Origin: Bacteroidota bacterium
GTDB lineage: Bacteria; Bacteroidota; Bacteroidia; 2-12-FULL-35-15
Direction: 5' to 3'
DNA: 64,000 nucleotides
NCBI GenBank assembly: GCA_003151815.1
Contig: PLYN01000012.1
Location: 183 to 64,182, forward strand
Positions 1 through 9,743 of this stretch are shown piece after piece (position 1 is the stretch's first letter; the number at the start of each line of letters is the position of its first letter). A model generated the notes under the pieces. That model did no database searches, was not told the DNA's origin, and saw only the letters and a list, made by a program, of their open reading frames with translations. Made by a program: the position numbers and the translations under genes.

Positions 1-986
1 GTGATCTTATCTTTTAGTAATTCTTCCCAACGTGTAGTTTGCAAAATAGTAACATTATTTTCTTTTTTGTATTTACCAATATTTGCTACCACCGACATAC
101 GGTTCATGAATACACTCAACAGTTGATCATCTATCTTATTAATTGTTTCTCTCAGTTCATCCAATTTATTTTTGAATTCTGCATTGGTCGACTCGGCCTT
201 TCTAACAACCAATTTAGATAAAATAACTTTTAGTTCTGCCGGAGTTACTTGTTGTTTGGCATCACTTAAAGCAATAGAAGGTTTAAAGTGAGATTCTATC
301 ATTAAGCCTTGCATATCCAGATCCAACGCCTTTTGTGAGATGTATGGAATGAATTCTGTATTTCCGCAAATATGACTTGGGTCGCAGATCATGGGTAGGT
401 CAGGGATCATCGTTTTTAATTCGATAGCCATCTCCCATCTCGGAACATTTCTGAAAGGAGTTGATTCATGCGTACTGAAACCTCTGTGAATGGCACCCAA
501 CTTGGTAATACCAGCCTGGTTGATTCTTTCCAATGCACCTAACCACAATTGCAGATCAGGATTGATAGGATTTTTTACCAATACTTTTGAATCGGTTCCT
601 TTTAAAACATCTGCAATTTCCTGTACAGAAAACGGATTAACGGTTGTACGTGCACCGATCCATAAAATGTCGATACCGTGTTTTAATGCTTCTTCAGCAT
701 GGCTTGCATTAGCGATCTCAGTGGCTGTTAGCATACCTGTTTCTTGCTTTACCATGTTCAACCATTTTAAACCAATGGTACCAATGCCTTCGAATGCATT
801 CGGACGAGTTCTTGGTTTCCAGATTCCTGCTCTGAAAATGATGTTTTTATTAATGGCAGCAATTGCTTTTCCAGTTGTCATCATTTGTTCTTCCGACTCT
901 GCACTGCATGGTCCGCTAATAATTACCGGCTCATCATTTATTTTTAACCACTCATTTACTGGGGTTAGGTTTAATAATTTTTTCAT
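1..986 (-). CDS. Bifunctional DAHP synthase (type I-beta)/chorismate mutase, runs off the window edge
   Basis: Missing from the ORF track. Manual translation from ATG at 986 gives MKKLLNLTPVNEWLKINDEPVIISGPCSAESEEQM...FRAGIWKPRTRPNAFEG (DAHPS I-beta motifs). The C-terminal part reads KLDELRETINKIDDQL...RMSVVANIGKYKKENNVTILQTTRWEE (CM type II). Lies downstream of tyrA. Confidence 0.93.
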   Translation of the reverse strand, partial: MKKLLNLTPVNEWLKINDEPVIISGPCSAESEEQMMTTGKAIAAINKNIIFRAGIWKPRTRPNAFEGIGTIGLKWLNMVKQETGMLTATEIANASHAEEALKHGIDILWIGARTTVNPFSVQEIADVLKGTDSKVLVKNPINPDLQLWLGALERINQAGITKLGAIHRGFSTHESTPFRNVPRWEMAIELKTMIPDLPMICDPSHICGNTEFIPYISQKALDLDMQGLMIESHFKPSIALSDAKQQVTPAELKVILSKLVVRKAESTNAEFKNKLDELRETINKIDDQLLSVFMNRMSVVANIGKYKKENNVTILQTTRWEELLKDKI

Positions 987-1041
987 GATTTTTTTGTTTA
1001 TCCGCCCTAGCTTTAGCGAAGACGAGGTTATTTTGTTTTAA

Positions 1042-1890
1042 TTATTTTTTTTCTAAAATTCTTCTTATTTCGTTTGCATTAAGTATATAATTATGTAATT
1101 CATCAAATTTTTTTTCTACCATCAATCGTTTAAACTCTTGCAGTTTATCAATATATGCACTTACTGCTGTTATTATGTTCTTCGAATTTTGCTCAAAAAT
1201 AGGCACCCACATTTCGGGAGCACTTTTTGCCAATCGTGCAGTAGATGCAAAACCGCTACCCGCCAATTCTAATATCTTTGATCTGTCTTTTTCAATTTCT
1301 AAAACCGTTGCACTCAACGCGTAACTGATAACGTGGGAAAGGTGCGACACATAAGCCAAATGGAGATCGTGATCTGCAGGAGTCATTTCAATAATTTCCA
1401 TTTTGAGACAAGTAAATAAGGCTTTAGCCTTTTGAAGACCTTCTATAGAACTTAATTCTGTTTCACAAAAAATACACATTTTATTGTCAAACAAATTATT
1501 TATCGCCGATGCAGCACCTTTATTTTCTGTACCAGCAATTGGGTGAATAGCAACAAATTGTTTACGGTTTTTATGATCATGGACTATTTTACACAACTCT
1601 GCTTTTGTACTACCTACGTCTAACACAACAGTATTACTTGGGATTTTATCCAAAATCGTTGGCAATAGTTTTATCATGGTATTAACAGGTGTAGCTAATA
1701 CTATAATATCAGAATTCGCTATTGCAGTGTCCATATCCACAGCTTCGTCAATTATCCCTAATGAGATGCCTTGATCTAAATTTTCCTGATTACGACCTAC
1801 CCCGTATACAAAATCAGTAAAACCTCTTGCCCTTAAATCTTTGGCAATGGATCCTCCTATTAAACCTAATCCTATTACTCCAATTTTCAT
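1042..1890 (-). CDS. tyrA: Prephenate dehydrogenase
   Basis: MKIGVIGLGLIGGS Rossmann start, DVGSTK, HPIAGTE, HD..LAYVSHLSH motifs. Start moved to ATG at 1890 because the longer ORF only extends through a REP-like palindrome. Confidence 0.95.
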   Translation of the reverse strand: MKIGVIGLGLIGGSIAKDLRARGFTDFVYGVGRNQENLDQGISLGIIDEAVDMDTAIANSDIIVLATPVNTMIKLLPTILDKIPSNTVVLDVGSTKAELCKIVHDHKNRKQFVAIHPIAGTENKGAASAINNLFDNKMCIFCETELSSIEGLQKAKALFTCLKMEIIEMTPADHDLHLAYVSHLSHVISYALSATVLEIEKDRSKILELAGSGFASTARLAKSAPEMWVPIFEQNSKNIITAVSAYIDKLQEFKRLMVEKKFDELHNYILNANEIRRILEKK

Positions 1891-1920
1891 TTTGTTTTTA
1901 TTAATTCTACCTCTATTACG

Positions 1921-1976
1921 CCTCACCCCGTCCTGCCGGACACCCCTCTCCAATTGGAGAGGGGAAGGGGGTGAGG
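1921..1976. repeat. GC-rich REP-like palindrome, CCTCACCCC...CCCCTCTCC-N4-GGAGAGGGG family
   Basis: cctcacccc...cccctctcc aatt ggagagggg aa gggggtgagg. Related copies at 13721, 41147, 60907 and 27251/27324. Confidence 0.85.
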
Positions 1977-1977
1977 T

Positions 1978-2017
1978 AAAAAAAAGCGAGTCCTGATTTT
2001 CATCTGGACTCGCTTTT
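1978..2017 (-). terminator. Intrinsic terminator of the tyrA leader (attenuator terminator)
   Basis: Minus strand AAAAGCGAGTCC-agatgaaaatca-GGACTCGCTTTTTTTT, a perfect 12-bp stem followed by a U-tract, between the leader ORF and tyrA. Confidence 0.9.
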
Positions 2018-2054
2018 GATTTAGTTTTATGTTATTTTTAATACATATAATAAT

Positions 2055-2126
2055 CTATTTGCGGTGTCCCATCACTGAACCCGGATAAAAATAGAAAAAA
2101 TAATATGTGTTAGTAGTTGTCATCAT
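2055..2126 (-). CDS. Tyr/Phe-rich leader peptide MMTTTNTYYFFYFYPGSVMGHRK (23 aa)
   Basis: Seven consecutive Tyr/Phe codons (TAT TAT TTT TTC TAT TTT TAT) directly upstream of a terminator and the tyrA-DAHPS/CM operon. Confidence 0.88.
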   Translation of the reverse strand: MMTTTNTYYFFYFYPGSVMGHRK

Positions 2127-2140
2127 TAAATTTTAGATTG

Positions 2141-2173
2141 CAAATATAAAACAGTTTTTTTGTTTTATACAAA
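2141..2173 (-). promoter_or_regulatory. Bacteroidota housekeeping promoter for the tyr leader
   Basis: Minus strand TATATTTG (-7 box, 2141-2148) and TTTG (-33 box, 2170-2173). Confidence 0.7.
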
Positions 2174-2249
2174 TTTATTTAATAATTTATTTGTAATCGG
2201 CTAAAAACGAACGAATTTCTAATATTTAATGCTGTTCGCCTTATAAAAA

Positions 2250-3854
2250 TTATTTAAAACTAAATCGGGCAAATTTATATTTTCCTTTTTTGAAAGGGAT
2301 CATGCAACAATAAACCCCTCTGTTTAATGCAGGTACAACCAATTGATTTTTTGAGATCATTGTATATGATTTTGGCATGAGAACCATTTTATTCTCTTTG
2401 TTACTGAATAATAATTTTTTGTCGAAGGAACCGCTTTCAGAAAGGGATACTAATACAGCAGAAGATTTATAAGGATTATTCATTACTCTTAATTTTTCTT
2501 TTGAATTTATGTTTTCGGGGGTAACATTTTTTGAATTGTCATTATAAATGAAATAGGATCTATTATTGACAAAAGCAAACATATAAGAACTATAACGCCC
2601 TCCATCATTAACAGTATGTTGTAATTTAGGAATGTTTGTATACCATATGATATTTCCTTTATTATCAATATTTATAGCAACAATGTTTGCTCTTACATAA
2701 TGATATACTGTTCGGCATGTAGTAACCCCATTAGATGTCGAGCAAACTGTTTCAGAATAATCATAAGTGTTTTCAGCCACTAACAGAGCGCCCCCATCGT
2801 CTTTTTGAATAAAATCTTTCAAGGTAAACGATGAAGCTATTCCTCTCCCTTTGTTTGCCTTTTTTTCTGATGTAAGGTCAGCAACAAATTTCTTATCGAG
2901 GTCTTTTAAACTACTTGCCGAAATTGCTTTTGTTTTTTTATCAATTCTTATATAAAAAATGCCATTAATTTCATCATGTGATCTTCCTTTTTGCTCAATA
3001 TTATTATAAAATCCGGAACAGATGATATCATTATCAACAACCGTATACGAAATATCGGTAATGTATTTTTTTGCAAGTTTAATTTCATATTCTATCACCT
3101 CACCTTTTCCGGCAGGATTAATGGCTACAATTTCGTTATAATATTCAGGCTCCCCCTTTTCTTTCTTGTCTCTAGGAAGTTGAATTTCCGCCAACATGTA
3201 TATAATTCCATTTTTTGCCAAAATATAATCATTAACAGAAAAATTTTTATCTTTATAAGGCAACACTATTTCGAGGTTGCTTAATTCTTTCAGATTTTCG
3301 TCATAAATTTTAAATCCAAATTTTTCATTCTCATATTTATCAAAAGGAGGGTTTTTTACGATCAAAATTTTTGTTGAATCCTGAGATGCATAAATATCAA
3401 ATGCGCCCATTTTACGTCTACTTTCAGAGGTAATTTCAGATATTTTTTTCAGGCTGCCGGTTAAGTTACCTTCATCGGTTATTTCTTTAACAAAAAACGT
3501 ATTCGTTTTTTTTTCTTTGAGTGTAACACCTACGTATGTTTTATTTTTTAGAACTAAAAAATCATTAAATTTATAATCATTGTCAATAATATTTTTTCCA
3601 TCCTTACTATTGCCAATCATCGGGTATTCATTTTTTACCTGTAATCCATCTATAGAAATTTTCAAAATGCTTTTTTTCTTGAAACCAATGGAATTGACTC
3701 CTAATAAAAGATTATTTCTTTTTACTAAAATTTCAGGAATTCCTCCTTTTGCAAGCGGATTGTCTTTCCCCCAAAAAATATCAACCTTTTGAGCTGTATT
3801 TGTTTTATGTAATAATGATAGAATTAATAGTGCTAAATAAAATTTATTTTTCAT
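2250..3854 (-). CDS. Hypothetical secreted protein (534 aa)
   Basis: Long ORF with an N-terminal signal-peptide-like segment (MKNKFYLALLILSLL) and beta-rich composition. No family recognised. Confidence 0.8.
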   Translation of the reverse strand: MKNKFYLALLILSLLHKTNTAQKVDIFWGKDNPLAKGGIPEILVKRNNLLLGVNSIGFKKKSILKISIDGLQVKNEYPMIGNSKDGKNIIDNDYKFNDFLVLKNKTYVGVTLKEKKTNTFFVKEITDEGNLTGSLKKISEITSESRRKMGAFDIYASQDSTKILIVKNPPFDKYENEKFGFKIYDENLKELSNLEIVLPYKDKNFSVNDYILAKNGIIYMLAEIQLPRDKKEKGEPEYYNEIVAINPAGKGEVIEYEIKLAKKYITDISYTVVDNDIICSGFYNNIEQKGRSHDEINGIFYIRIDKKTKAISASSLKDLDKKFVADLTSEKKANKGRGIASSFTLKDFIQKDDGGALLVAENTYDYSETVCSTSNGVTTCRTVYHYVRANIVAINIDNKGNIIWYTNIPKLQHTVNDGGRYSSYMFAFVNNRSYFIYNDNSKNVTPENINSKEKLRVMNNPYKSSAVLVSLSESGSFDKKLLFSNKENKMVLMPKSYTMISKNQLVVPALNRGVYCCMIPFKKGKYKFARFSFK

Positions 3855-3923
3855 GCTTCTTAATATTTTTATACATTTACGGCAAAGGTATTCTAATTTT
3901 TATACCTTCCAAATAATAATTTT

Positions 3924-4643
3924 ATGCAAAAAAAAGCTGTTTTTTTGATTGTTTATTCGTTCATTTCTTCTTTAAGTATAGGACAAAATGATCAATCTGT
4001 AAAGATTACAGTTTTTAAACCTTCAGAAGAAAAAACGACAGTCGCCACTAAAATTATGCAAGATCAAAATTGTATAAAATGGAATTATTCTTTACTTGCA
4101 AGAGGAGTCTTTTTATTGAACTATGAGCACCCAATAAGTAAAAAGGTAAGCGCTGAGGTTGGTTTGGGTGTAACCTATCGTGATTTGATATTTGAGACTT
4201 ATTCCGGATTGCCATTCAATGATTTTGGATCGAATAATAAAAATTTCGGTTTTGCAGTTGAAGGTGGTGTTCGATTGTACCCCAAAGATTTTGATAACTT
4301 TGAAGGTTTTTTTATTTCCCCAATAGTAAGTTATCGTACATACAGCACTCCCCAACCAACTGCAAATTCAAGTTCTTCGTCGACAACTACTGCAGTTCCA
4401 AACTCAAATTTTAAACCGGGTTATAATTTAATGGATTTGCAATTCAAGATTGGATACGCCTACGAAAGTTTTTGGGATTGGGATATTATCGGCGAAGTTT
4501 ATGCAGGATTTGCTATGCGCTATGCAGATGTTAAATATTATGATTTAGATAATAATACCAGTGTTTCCCAATACACTCCAAAAGAAGAGAGTATTAAGTT
4601 GCCACAATTTTTATTTGGACTTAAAGTAGGGTTGCCATTCTAA
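3924..4643 (+). CDS. Outer-membrane beta-barrel protein (DUF3575-like)
   Basis: Signal peptide, alternating hydrophobic strands (SAEVGLGVTY, EGGVRLY, LQFKIGY) and a C-terminal ...GLKVGLPF barrel signature. Confidence 0.7.
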   Translation: MQKKAVFLIVYSFISSLSIGQNDQSVKITVFKPSEEKTTVATKIMQDQNCIKWNYSLLARGVFLLNYEHPISKKVSAEVGLGVTYRDLIFETYSGLPFNDFGSNNKNFGFAVEGGVRLYPKDFDNFEGFFISPIVSYRTYSTPQPTANSSSSSTTTAVPNSNFKPGYNLMDLQFKIGYAYESFWDWDIIGEVYAGFAMRYADVKYYDLDNNTSVSQYTPKEESIKLPQFLFGLKVGLPF

Positions 4644-4655
4644 TAATAAAATCCT

Positions 4656-5090
4656 ATGGCAAATTACAAAATAATTTTCGTGCTATTTTTTTTAATGAAT
4701 ATATCCGCAAAAGCTCAATTTGACAATGATATTGATATAATTTCAAAACACATTGGTGAGATTCAAAATTCACGAGAATTACCCGGTAAAAAAGAAATAA
4801 GATTTCAAAGATCCTCGAACCCGTTAAAGGCTATTTCATTTGCTTTTTTATTTACTTATCAAAAATTATTCTCGGAACAATTTTTTGCTTCCTGCGAATT
4901 CGATAAAAGTTGTTCTGCATTTGGAATAGATTGCTTTAAAGAATTCGGAGTTTTCAAAGCATTGTTTTTAACTGCTGACAGACTTACCCGATGTAACGGT
5001 GTAGCTCAACTTGAAACTGAAAACTACCTTTTTAATCATTTAAACGGTAAAGTTATTGATGAACCTAAGATGTATCGTTTTAATAATTAA
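4656..5090 (+). CDS. YidD-like (membrane protein insertion efficiency/haemolytic domain) protein with N-terminal extension
   Basis: YQKLFS...CEFDKSCSAFGIDCFKEFG.FKALFLTADRLTRCN matches the three-Cys YidD pattern. Confidence 0.8.
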   Translation: MANYKIIFVLFFLMNISAKAQFDNDIDIISKHIGEIQNSRELPGKKEIRFQRSSNPLKAISFAFLFTYQKLFSEQFFASCEFDKSCSAFGIDCFKEFGVFKALFLTADRLTRCNGVAQLETENYLFNHLNGKVIDEPKMYRFNN

Positions 5091-5907
5091 TATTCTTTCT
5101 TTTTGTCTTTTCTTAGAATCTGATGCTCAGCCTTCAACTATTGATACTATCAAGTTTTCTCAATATTTAAAGAGCAACCATTTAATAAATGAATATGTAT
5201 TTTTAAATAAGCAACTGCAACAAAAATTCTATTACAAAACCAATATTCTTGATAGTTTGAGGTTGGAGCTTTCCAGCTTTTATTATCAAAATAAATTTAT
5301 CGACTCCTCTCACCGATCATTAATTTCTATTCGTGAACCATTTTATAATTCAAACAAATTGAATCATCAATACCTTGATCTGTTGATCTTGAACAAAGAA
5401 TATAATAAGGCTGAACAAAATATCAAAGAAGTTTATCAGTATAACTTTGCAAAAAAAACTTACCAAATAAATAGCGAACTGGCCATTAAAATTTTAAACA
5501 GGAGTTTATCAACTACGGATACTTTAGCAAAAAACACGTTGATCGATCCAACCTTAAATGATATTCAAAACCGATATGTGCATAAGGCCAAATCACCTAT
5601 TATTGCAGGACTTTATTCCGCATTTGTTCCGGGCTTAGGTAAGTTATATGTTGGATATAAATACCAGGCATTCACTTCGTTTATTACCAATGCGCTGTTA
5701 ATATCACAAGTAATAGAATCATACTCAAAAGTGGGCGTACAAAGTCCCAGATTTATTATTACTTCTGCATTATTTGGTGCGTTTTATTCAGGAAATATTA
5801 TTGGTAGTTATTATGCTGCTAAAAAAAATAAAATAGATCATTATAAACAATTGGATGAAGAAATATTTGAATATTATAATTCTGATCTGCTTAAGTTCAA
5901 CAATTAA
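5056..5907 (+). CDS. Hypothetical membrane protein with C-terminal TM2/DUF5683-like motif
   Basis: KSPIIAGLYSAFVPGLGKLYVG motif followed by hydrophobic helices. Overlaps its neighbours, as in an operon. Confidence 0.75.
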   Translation: MMNLRCIVLIINILSFCLFLESDAQPSTIDTIKFSQYLKSNHLINEYVFLNKQLQQKFYYKTNILDSLRLELSSFYYQNKFIDSSHRSLISIREPFYNSNKLNHQYLDLLILNKEYNKAEQNIKEVYQYNFAKKTYQINSELAIKILNRSLSTTDTLAKNTLIDPTLNDIQNRYVHKAKSPIIAGLYSAFVPGLGKLYVGYKYQAFTSFITNALLISQVIESYSKVGVQSPRFIITSALFGAFYSGNIIGSYYAAKKNKIDHYKQLDEEIFEYYNSDLLKFNN

Positions 5908-6670
5908 TGCACAACTATTAGTAGATACAAATTCTGCTAAAAAATTGTTAAATTATGAAATTGAATACTGGCAAAGTACTGATGACTCTGTACGAGCAGT
6001 TACGTTATTAAAAAAAGTGGAATTGTATAAAAGTTTAGATCTATATAATAATTCTATTTTTGAATTAGATCGGATTAAGAATAATAAAATTGATTCTTTA
6101 ACAATTAATAAAATAAAATATGAAAAATTAGTGTCATTTTTTTTAACAAACAATTTCAATTATTGTTCTCAAATATCCATAAACAATAGTGATCTAATTA
6201 AGTTAAATAAAAGTAAAGAGTACGCAATCATTCAACTTAATTCTTTAAATGAAACAGAAAACTGGAAGCAATGTAAAAATGAATTAATAAATACATATTT
6301 TCATTTCGATTCTGCTAAAATATCTTTAATACAGAAACTCCCGACAACCATAAAATATATAAATCCCAAAACCTGCAAGCGGCTTTCCGCTGTAGTTCCC
6401 GGATTGGGAGAAACAGTGGCAGGTTACCCGATAAAAGGATTAACTTCTTTTGTGATCCACTCTTCCCTTATTTATTTTATTGGTTATAATTATTATTATC
6501 ACTTTTATTTTACGGGAAGTGTTTCGGGCATTTTACCTCTGACCAAATTTTATGGCGGAGGCAAACGTTTAAGTGAACATTTAGCAGAACAAAAAAATCA
6601 ACAAAGAAAGAATTCATTGAAAAACAAATATTCGTTTTTCATAAATGAGATCAACCATTTTGATTTTTAG
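5855..6670 (+). CDS. Hypothetical helical-repeat membrane protein, paralogous C-terminus to the preceding gene
   Basis: KRLSAVVPGLGETVAG motif plus hydrophobic helices. Confidence 0.75.
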   Translation: MKKYLNIIILICLSSTINAQLLVDTNSAKKLLNYEIEYWQSTDDSVRAVTLLKKVELYKSLDLYNNSIFELDRIKNNKIDSLTINKIKYEKLVSFFLTNNFNYCSQISINNSDLIKLNKSKEYAIIQLNSLNETENWKQCKNELINTYFHFDSAKISLIQKLPTTIKYINPKTCKRLSAVVPGLGETVAGYPIKGLTSFVIHSSLIYFIGYNYYYHFYFTGSVSGILPLTKFYGGGKRLSEHLAEQKNQQRKNSLKNKYSFFINEINHFDF

Positions 6671-6733
6671 AAAATATCAAACTGCTTAACAACAATTTAA
6701 TTTCCAACTATTTTCAATACTTTCAGAGGAATT

Positions 6734-7492
6734 TTAGTTTTGAGCAATTGATTTTTTTCTCCGTGGGTTTAACATTTTAAAGGCAGCTTTTGGGAAGAAG
6801 CGACTAAACTTTTCTAAGGCTGCTGTTTGTCCGATATTCATTATATTTTCTCCCTTTGAAAGTTTGTCAAGAAATAGTTGAGCGAATTTATCTACGGGCA
6901 TTTTTTTAAGACCAGTAATATCTTTGCTCATATCCGTTTCAACAACAGGGGGTAATACTTCAACCACTCTTATTTTTAAAGGCGCTAATTGATGTCTTAA
7001 ACACATCGTTACAAAATGTATTGCCGACTTTGTAGCTGAATACGTTGCACCTGTATTAGAAGGCATATACGCCAAGCCTGAAGAAACAATTACAACAATG
7101 GGTTCGGTTGATTTTTGAAGAAGAGGAAGCGCTTTTTTTGTCAGTAAAATTGGTGCGAAATAATTAATTGACATTTCCGTTTCAATTCTTTTCATCAATT
7201 CTTTTTCAGGTGTTTTAACAAAGTCAAACACTTCTCCTTTTCCGGCATTGTTTATCAACATATCAATTTTTCCATGTGATTTTTCAATGCTTGCGATAAC
7301 ATTACTTAATTCTTCGTTTGACGTTACATCAGCTTTTAAACTTTCCACTTTAGGTAATGCTGCCTTTAAAGCAGCTATTTTAGCAGGATTTCGGTCTATG
7401 GAAATAACTGTATTATCGTTTATTAATTTTTTTATGATGGCTAATCCTATGCCGGTAGCTCCACCTGTTATTACAATGATTTTATTTTTCAT
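6734..7492 (-). CDS. Short-chain dehydrogenase/reductase (DltE-like)
   Basis: ITGGATGIG, NNAG and YSATKSA (YxxxK) motifs. Start placed at MKNKIIV. Confidence 0.92.
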   Translation of the reverse strand: MKNKIIVITGGATGIGLAIIKKLINDNTVISIDRNPAKIAALKAALPKVESLKADVTSNEELSNVIASIEKSHGKIDMLINNAGKGEVFDFVKTPEKELMKRIETEMSINYFAPILLTKKALPLLQKSTEPIVVIVSSGLAYMPSNTGATYSATKSAIHFVTMCLRHQLAPLKIRVVEVLPPVVETDMSKDITGLKKMPVDKFAQLFLDKLSKGENIMNIGQTAALEKFSRFFPKAAFKMLNPRRKKSIAQN

Positions 7493-7601
7493 GATTTTGT
7501 TTTTAGAAATTTTATTGGACAAATAAATATACTAATTTTTTTTCAGGCTGGGAGCCTTGTTTAAGGCGACATAAGCAGGAACTCCACCAACAACAAATTT
7601 A

Positions 7602-8903
7602 TTAACCTTCTAAAACAGCTTTCACTTTTTTATCCATCAAGGCTTTTATCATTTGGTTGCATAAGTTACCTATGCTACCTTCATGCACATGGTTGATCGT
7701 TTCAAGAGCCTCGAAATTACCTTTTTCAATGGCATTTCCGACATTCTTATATGCTTCACGAAATGGAACACCTTTTAACACCTGTGCATTAACCACTTCT
7801 ACACTAAACATCAAAGCATATTTTTTATCTTTTAAAATATCTGATTTTACCTGAACACTCTCTAGCATAAAAGAAGTGATTTCTAAACAATCCTTCAACG
7901 TTGTTATTGCAGGGAACAAACTTTCTTTCGTTAATTGCATATCACGATGATACCCCGAAGGCAAATTATTGGTAAGCATTGTTAACTCATTTGGTAAAGC
8001 CTGAATTTTATTGCACTTCCCACGCACCAATTCAAATACATCCGGATTTTTTTTGTGCGGCATGATGCTGCTTCCTGTTGTTAAATTATCAGGAAAAGTT
8101 AAAAATGCAAAATTCTGATTCATGTATAAACACACGTCATACGCCAGTTTTGAAAGCGTTGCAGCTATCGAAGCCATTGCCATTGCTGCAATTTTTTCTG
8201 TTTTACCGCGCGTCATTTGCGCATACACCACATTGTAATTCATTGTTTCGAACTCCAATATTTTTGTTGTCATTTCACGGTTAAGTGGAAACGACGAGCC
8301 ATAGCCTGCTCCGGAGCCTAATGGATTTTTATTGGTGACATGATATGCAGCAGTGATGAGCTCCATATCGTCCATCAAGCTTTCTGCATAAGCGCCAAAC
8401 CACAAACCGAATGAAGATGGCATCGCTATTTGCAAATGCGTATAACCCGGCAATAATTTATCTTTGTGCTCTTCACTTAAATCAATTAATTGATTGAACA
8501 AATTAGAAACAAGTTTTACAATTTCTTTCAATTCATATCGCACATACAATTTAATATCTACCAATACCTGATCATTGCGTGAACGACCACTGTGTATCTT
8601 CTTCCCTGCTTCACCAATGCGTTTGGTCAACATCAGCTCTATCTGTGAATGAATGTCTTCTACTCCTTCTTCAATTACAAATTTACCAGCCTTAATTTCT
8701 GTTAGAATATTTTTTAATTCTTTATGTATGGAAGCCAACTCCTCTTTGGTCAACAAACCAATGGACTCCAGCATTTCAGTATGAGCAAGAGAACCTAACA
8801 CATCAAATTCAGCCAAAGATAAATCCAATTCATTGTCCTTTCCAACCGTAAATTTTTCAATCAGATTGGATGTTTTATTGCTTTCTTTTTGCCAGAGTTT
8901 CAT
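7602..8903 (-). CDS. argH: Argininosuccinate lyase
   Basis: HSGRSRNDQ, GYTHLQ and GSSIMPHKKNPD signature. Confidence 0.97.
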   Translation of the reverse strand: MKLWQKESNKTSNLIEKFTVGKDNELDLSLAEFDVLGSLAHTEMLESIGLLTKEELASIHKELKNILTEIKAGKFVIEEGVEDIHSQIELMLTKRIGEAGKKIHSGRSRNDQVLVDIKLYVRYELKEIVKLVSNLFNQLIDLSEEHKDKLLPGYTHLQIAMPSSFGLWFGAYAESLMDDMELITAAYHVTNKNPLGSGAGYGSSFPLNREMTTKILEFETMNYNVVYAQMTRGKTEKIAAMAMASIAATLSKLAYDVCLYMNQNFAFLTFPDNLTTGSSIMPHKKNPDVFELVRGKCNKIQALPNELTMLTNNLPSGYHRDMQLTKESLFPAITTLKDCLEITSFMLESVQVKSDILKDKKYALMFSVEVVNAQVLKGVPFREAYKNVGNAIEKGNFEALETINHVHEGSIGNLCNQMIKALMDKKVKAVLEG

Positions 8904-9021
8904 ACTGTTTAGCTCAATGTTTAAAAATTCAATTTAGGAAGTTGTGACAAATGGAGTCTAAGTCCTATGGCACAAAAATACAAGAATCAGGCATAACTCA
9001 GACAAAGCTTTACTTAGGAAA

Positions 9022-9597
9022 TTAAAAATCTAATTTTGGTGCAGCTTTTTTTACCCCTTTTCTAACGTTATCTCCCGTTTCAATTAAAAACGAAAAATGT
9101 GTGGTAGACTTAAATTTATAACCATAATCGCTCTTTTCTTTCAATAAAAAATACATGTCTCCTTTTTTCATCGTTACATTCATTTCCTCTGTATCCAACA
9201 TCTTTGCGATGTTTTCCTCACTATATACTACACCATCAGATAATTTATATCCTTCCTTTTTTTTCTGAGCAACAATTTGAGAAAGAAATTCTGCCACCGC
9301 CTTTTTATTGGTAGCACCCTTAACGGATATTCGAACAGATTCAGGAAGCAATTCCGAATTACGCGATATTATCACATCTCCATGCAACTCAACATATGAT
9401 GTAGAAAAATCTACTGTTGGCTTACCTTTATATTTTTCAGCAAGTTTATCAATTTCTCTTTTGCCTGTTGATGTTTTACTTTTCGCAGTTTTTTTAGTCG
9501 TACTTGTTTTTTTAGTTGTTGTTTTTTTAGTTGTGCTTTGACCATATACTGAAATTGTAAACAGCAAAAGCATTATTAGGTGGTTTCTTATTTTCAT
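9022..9597 (-). CDS. Hypothetical secreted protein with Lys/Thr-rich N-terminus
   Basis: Signal peptide followed by a TTKKTTTKKTSTTKK low-complexity tract. No family recognised. Confidence 0.75.
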   Translation of the reverse strand: MKIRNHLIMLLLFTISVYGQSTTKKTTTKKTSTTKKTAKSKTSTGKREIDKLAEKYKGKPTVDFSTSYVELHGDVIISRNSELLPESVRISVKGATNKKAVAEFLSQIVAQKKKEGYKLSDGVVYSEENIAKMLDTEEMNVTMKKGDMYFLLKEKSDYGYKFKSTTHFSFLIETGDNVRKGVKKAAPKLDF

Positions 9598-9689
9598 AAT
9601 ATTTAGTTTAAAGTTGGAAGTAAAAGTTATCTTGAAATTACGTTTTTAAATATTAAATATAGGTACAAAAACATTTCAATTTATATCAT

Positions 9690-9697
9690 TATATTTG
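9690..9697 (+). promoter_or_regulatory. -7 promoter box for the small-peptide unit
   Basis: TATATTTG, 46 nt upstream of the ATG at 9744. Confidence 0.65.
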
Positions 9698-9743
9698 TAA
9701 AGCAGTCAGGTGTTAATTAAATAATTAATCAAATTAAATTAAC

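Noticed and set aside
490-1041. 183-aa plus-strand ORF, and similar short antisense ORFs throughout the track
   Set aside because: These are shadows of well-supported genes on the opposite strand (here DAHPS/CM) and carry no motifs.
1891-1953. N-terminal extension of TyrA (MERGVRQDGVRR...)
   Set aside because: It is the translation of a REP-like palindrome; the Rossmann fold starts at MKIGVIG.
8991-8997. GCATAAC/GTTATGC at the left edge of the arg islet as a cassette core site
   Set aside because: No partner inverse core or attC-like inverted repeat in the right orientation; a 7-mer match is expected by chance.
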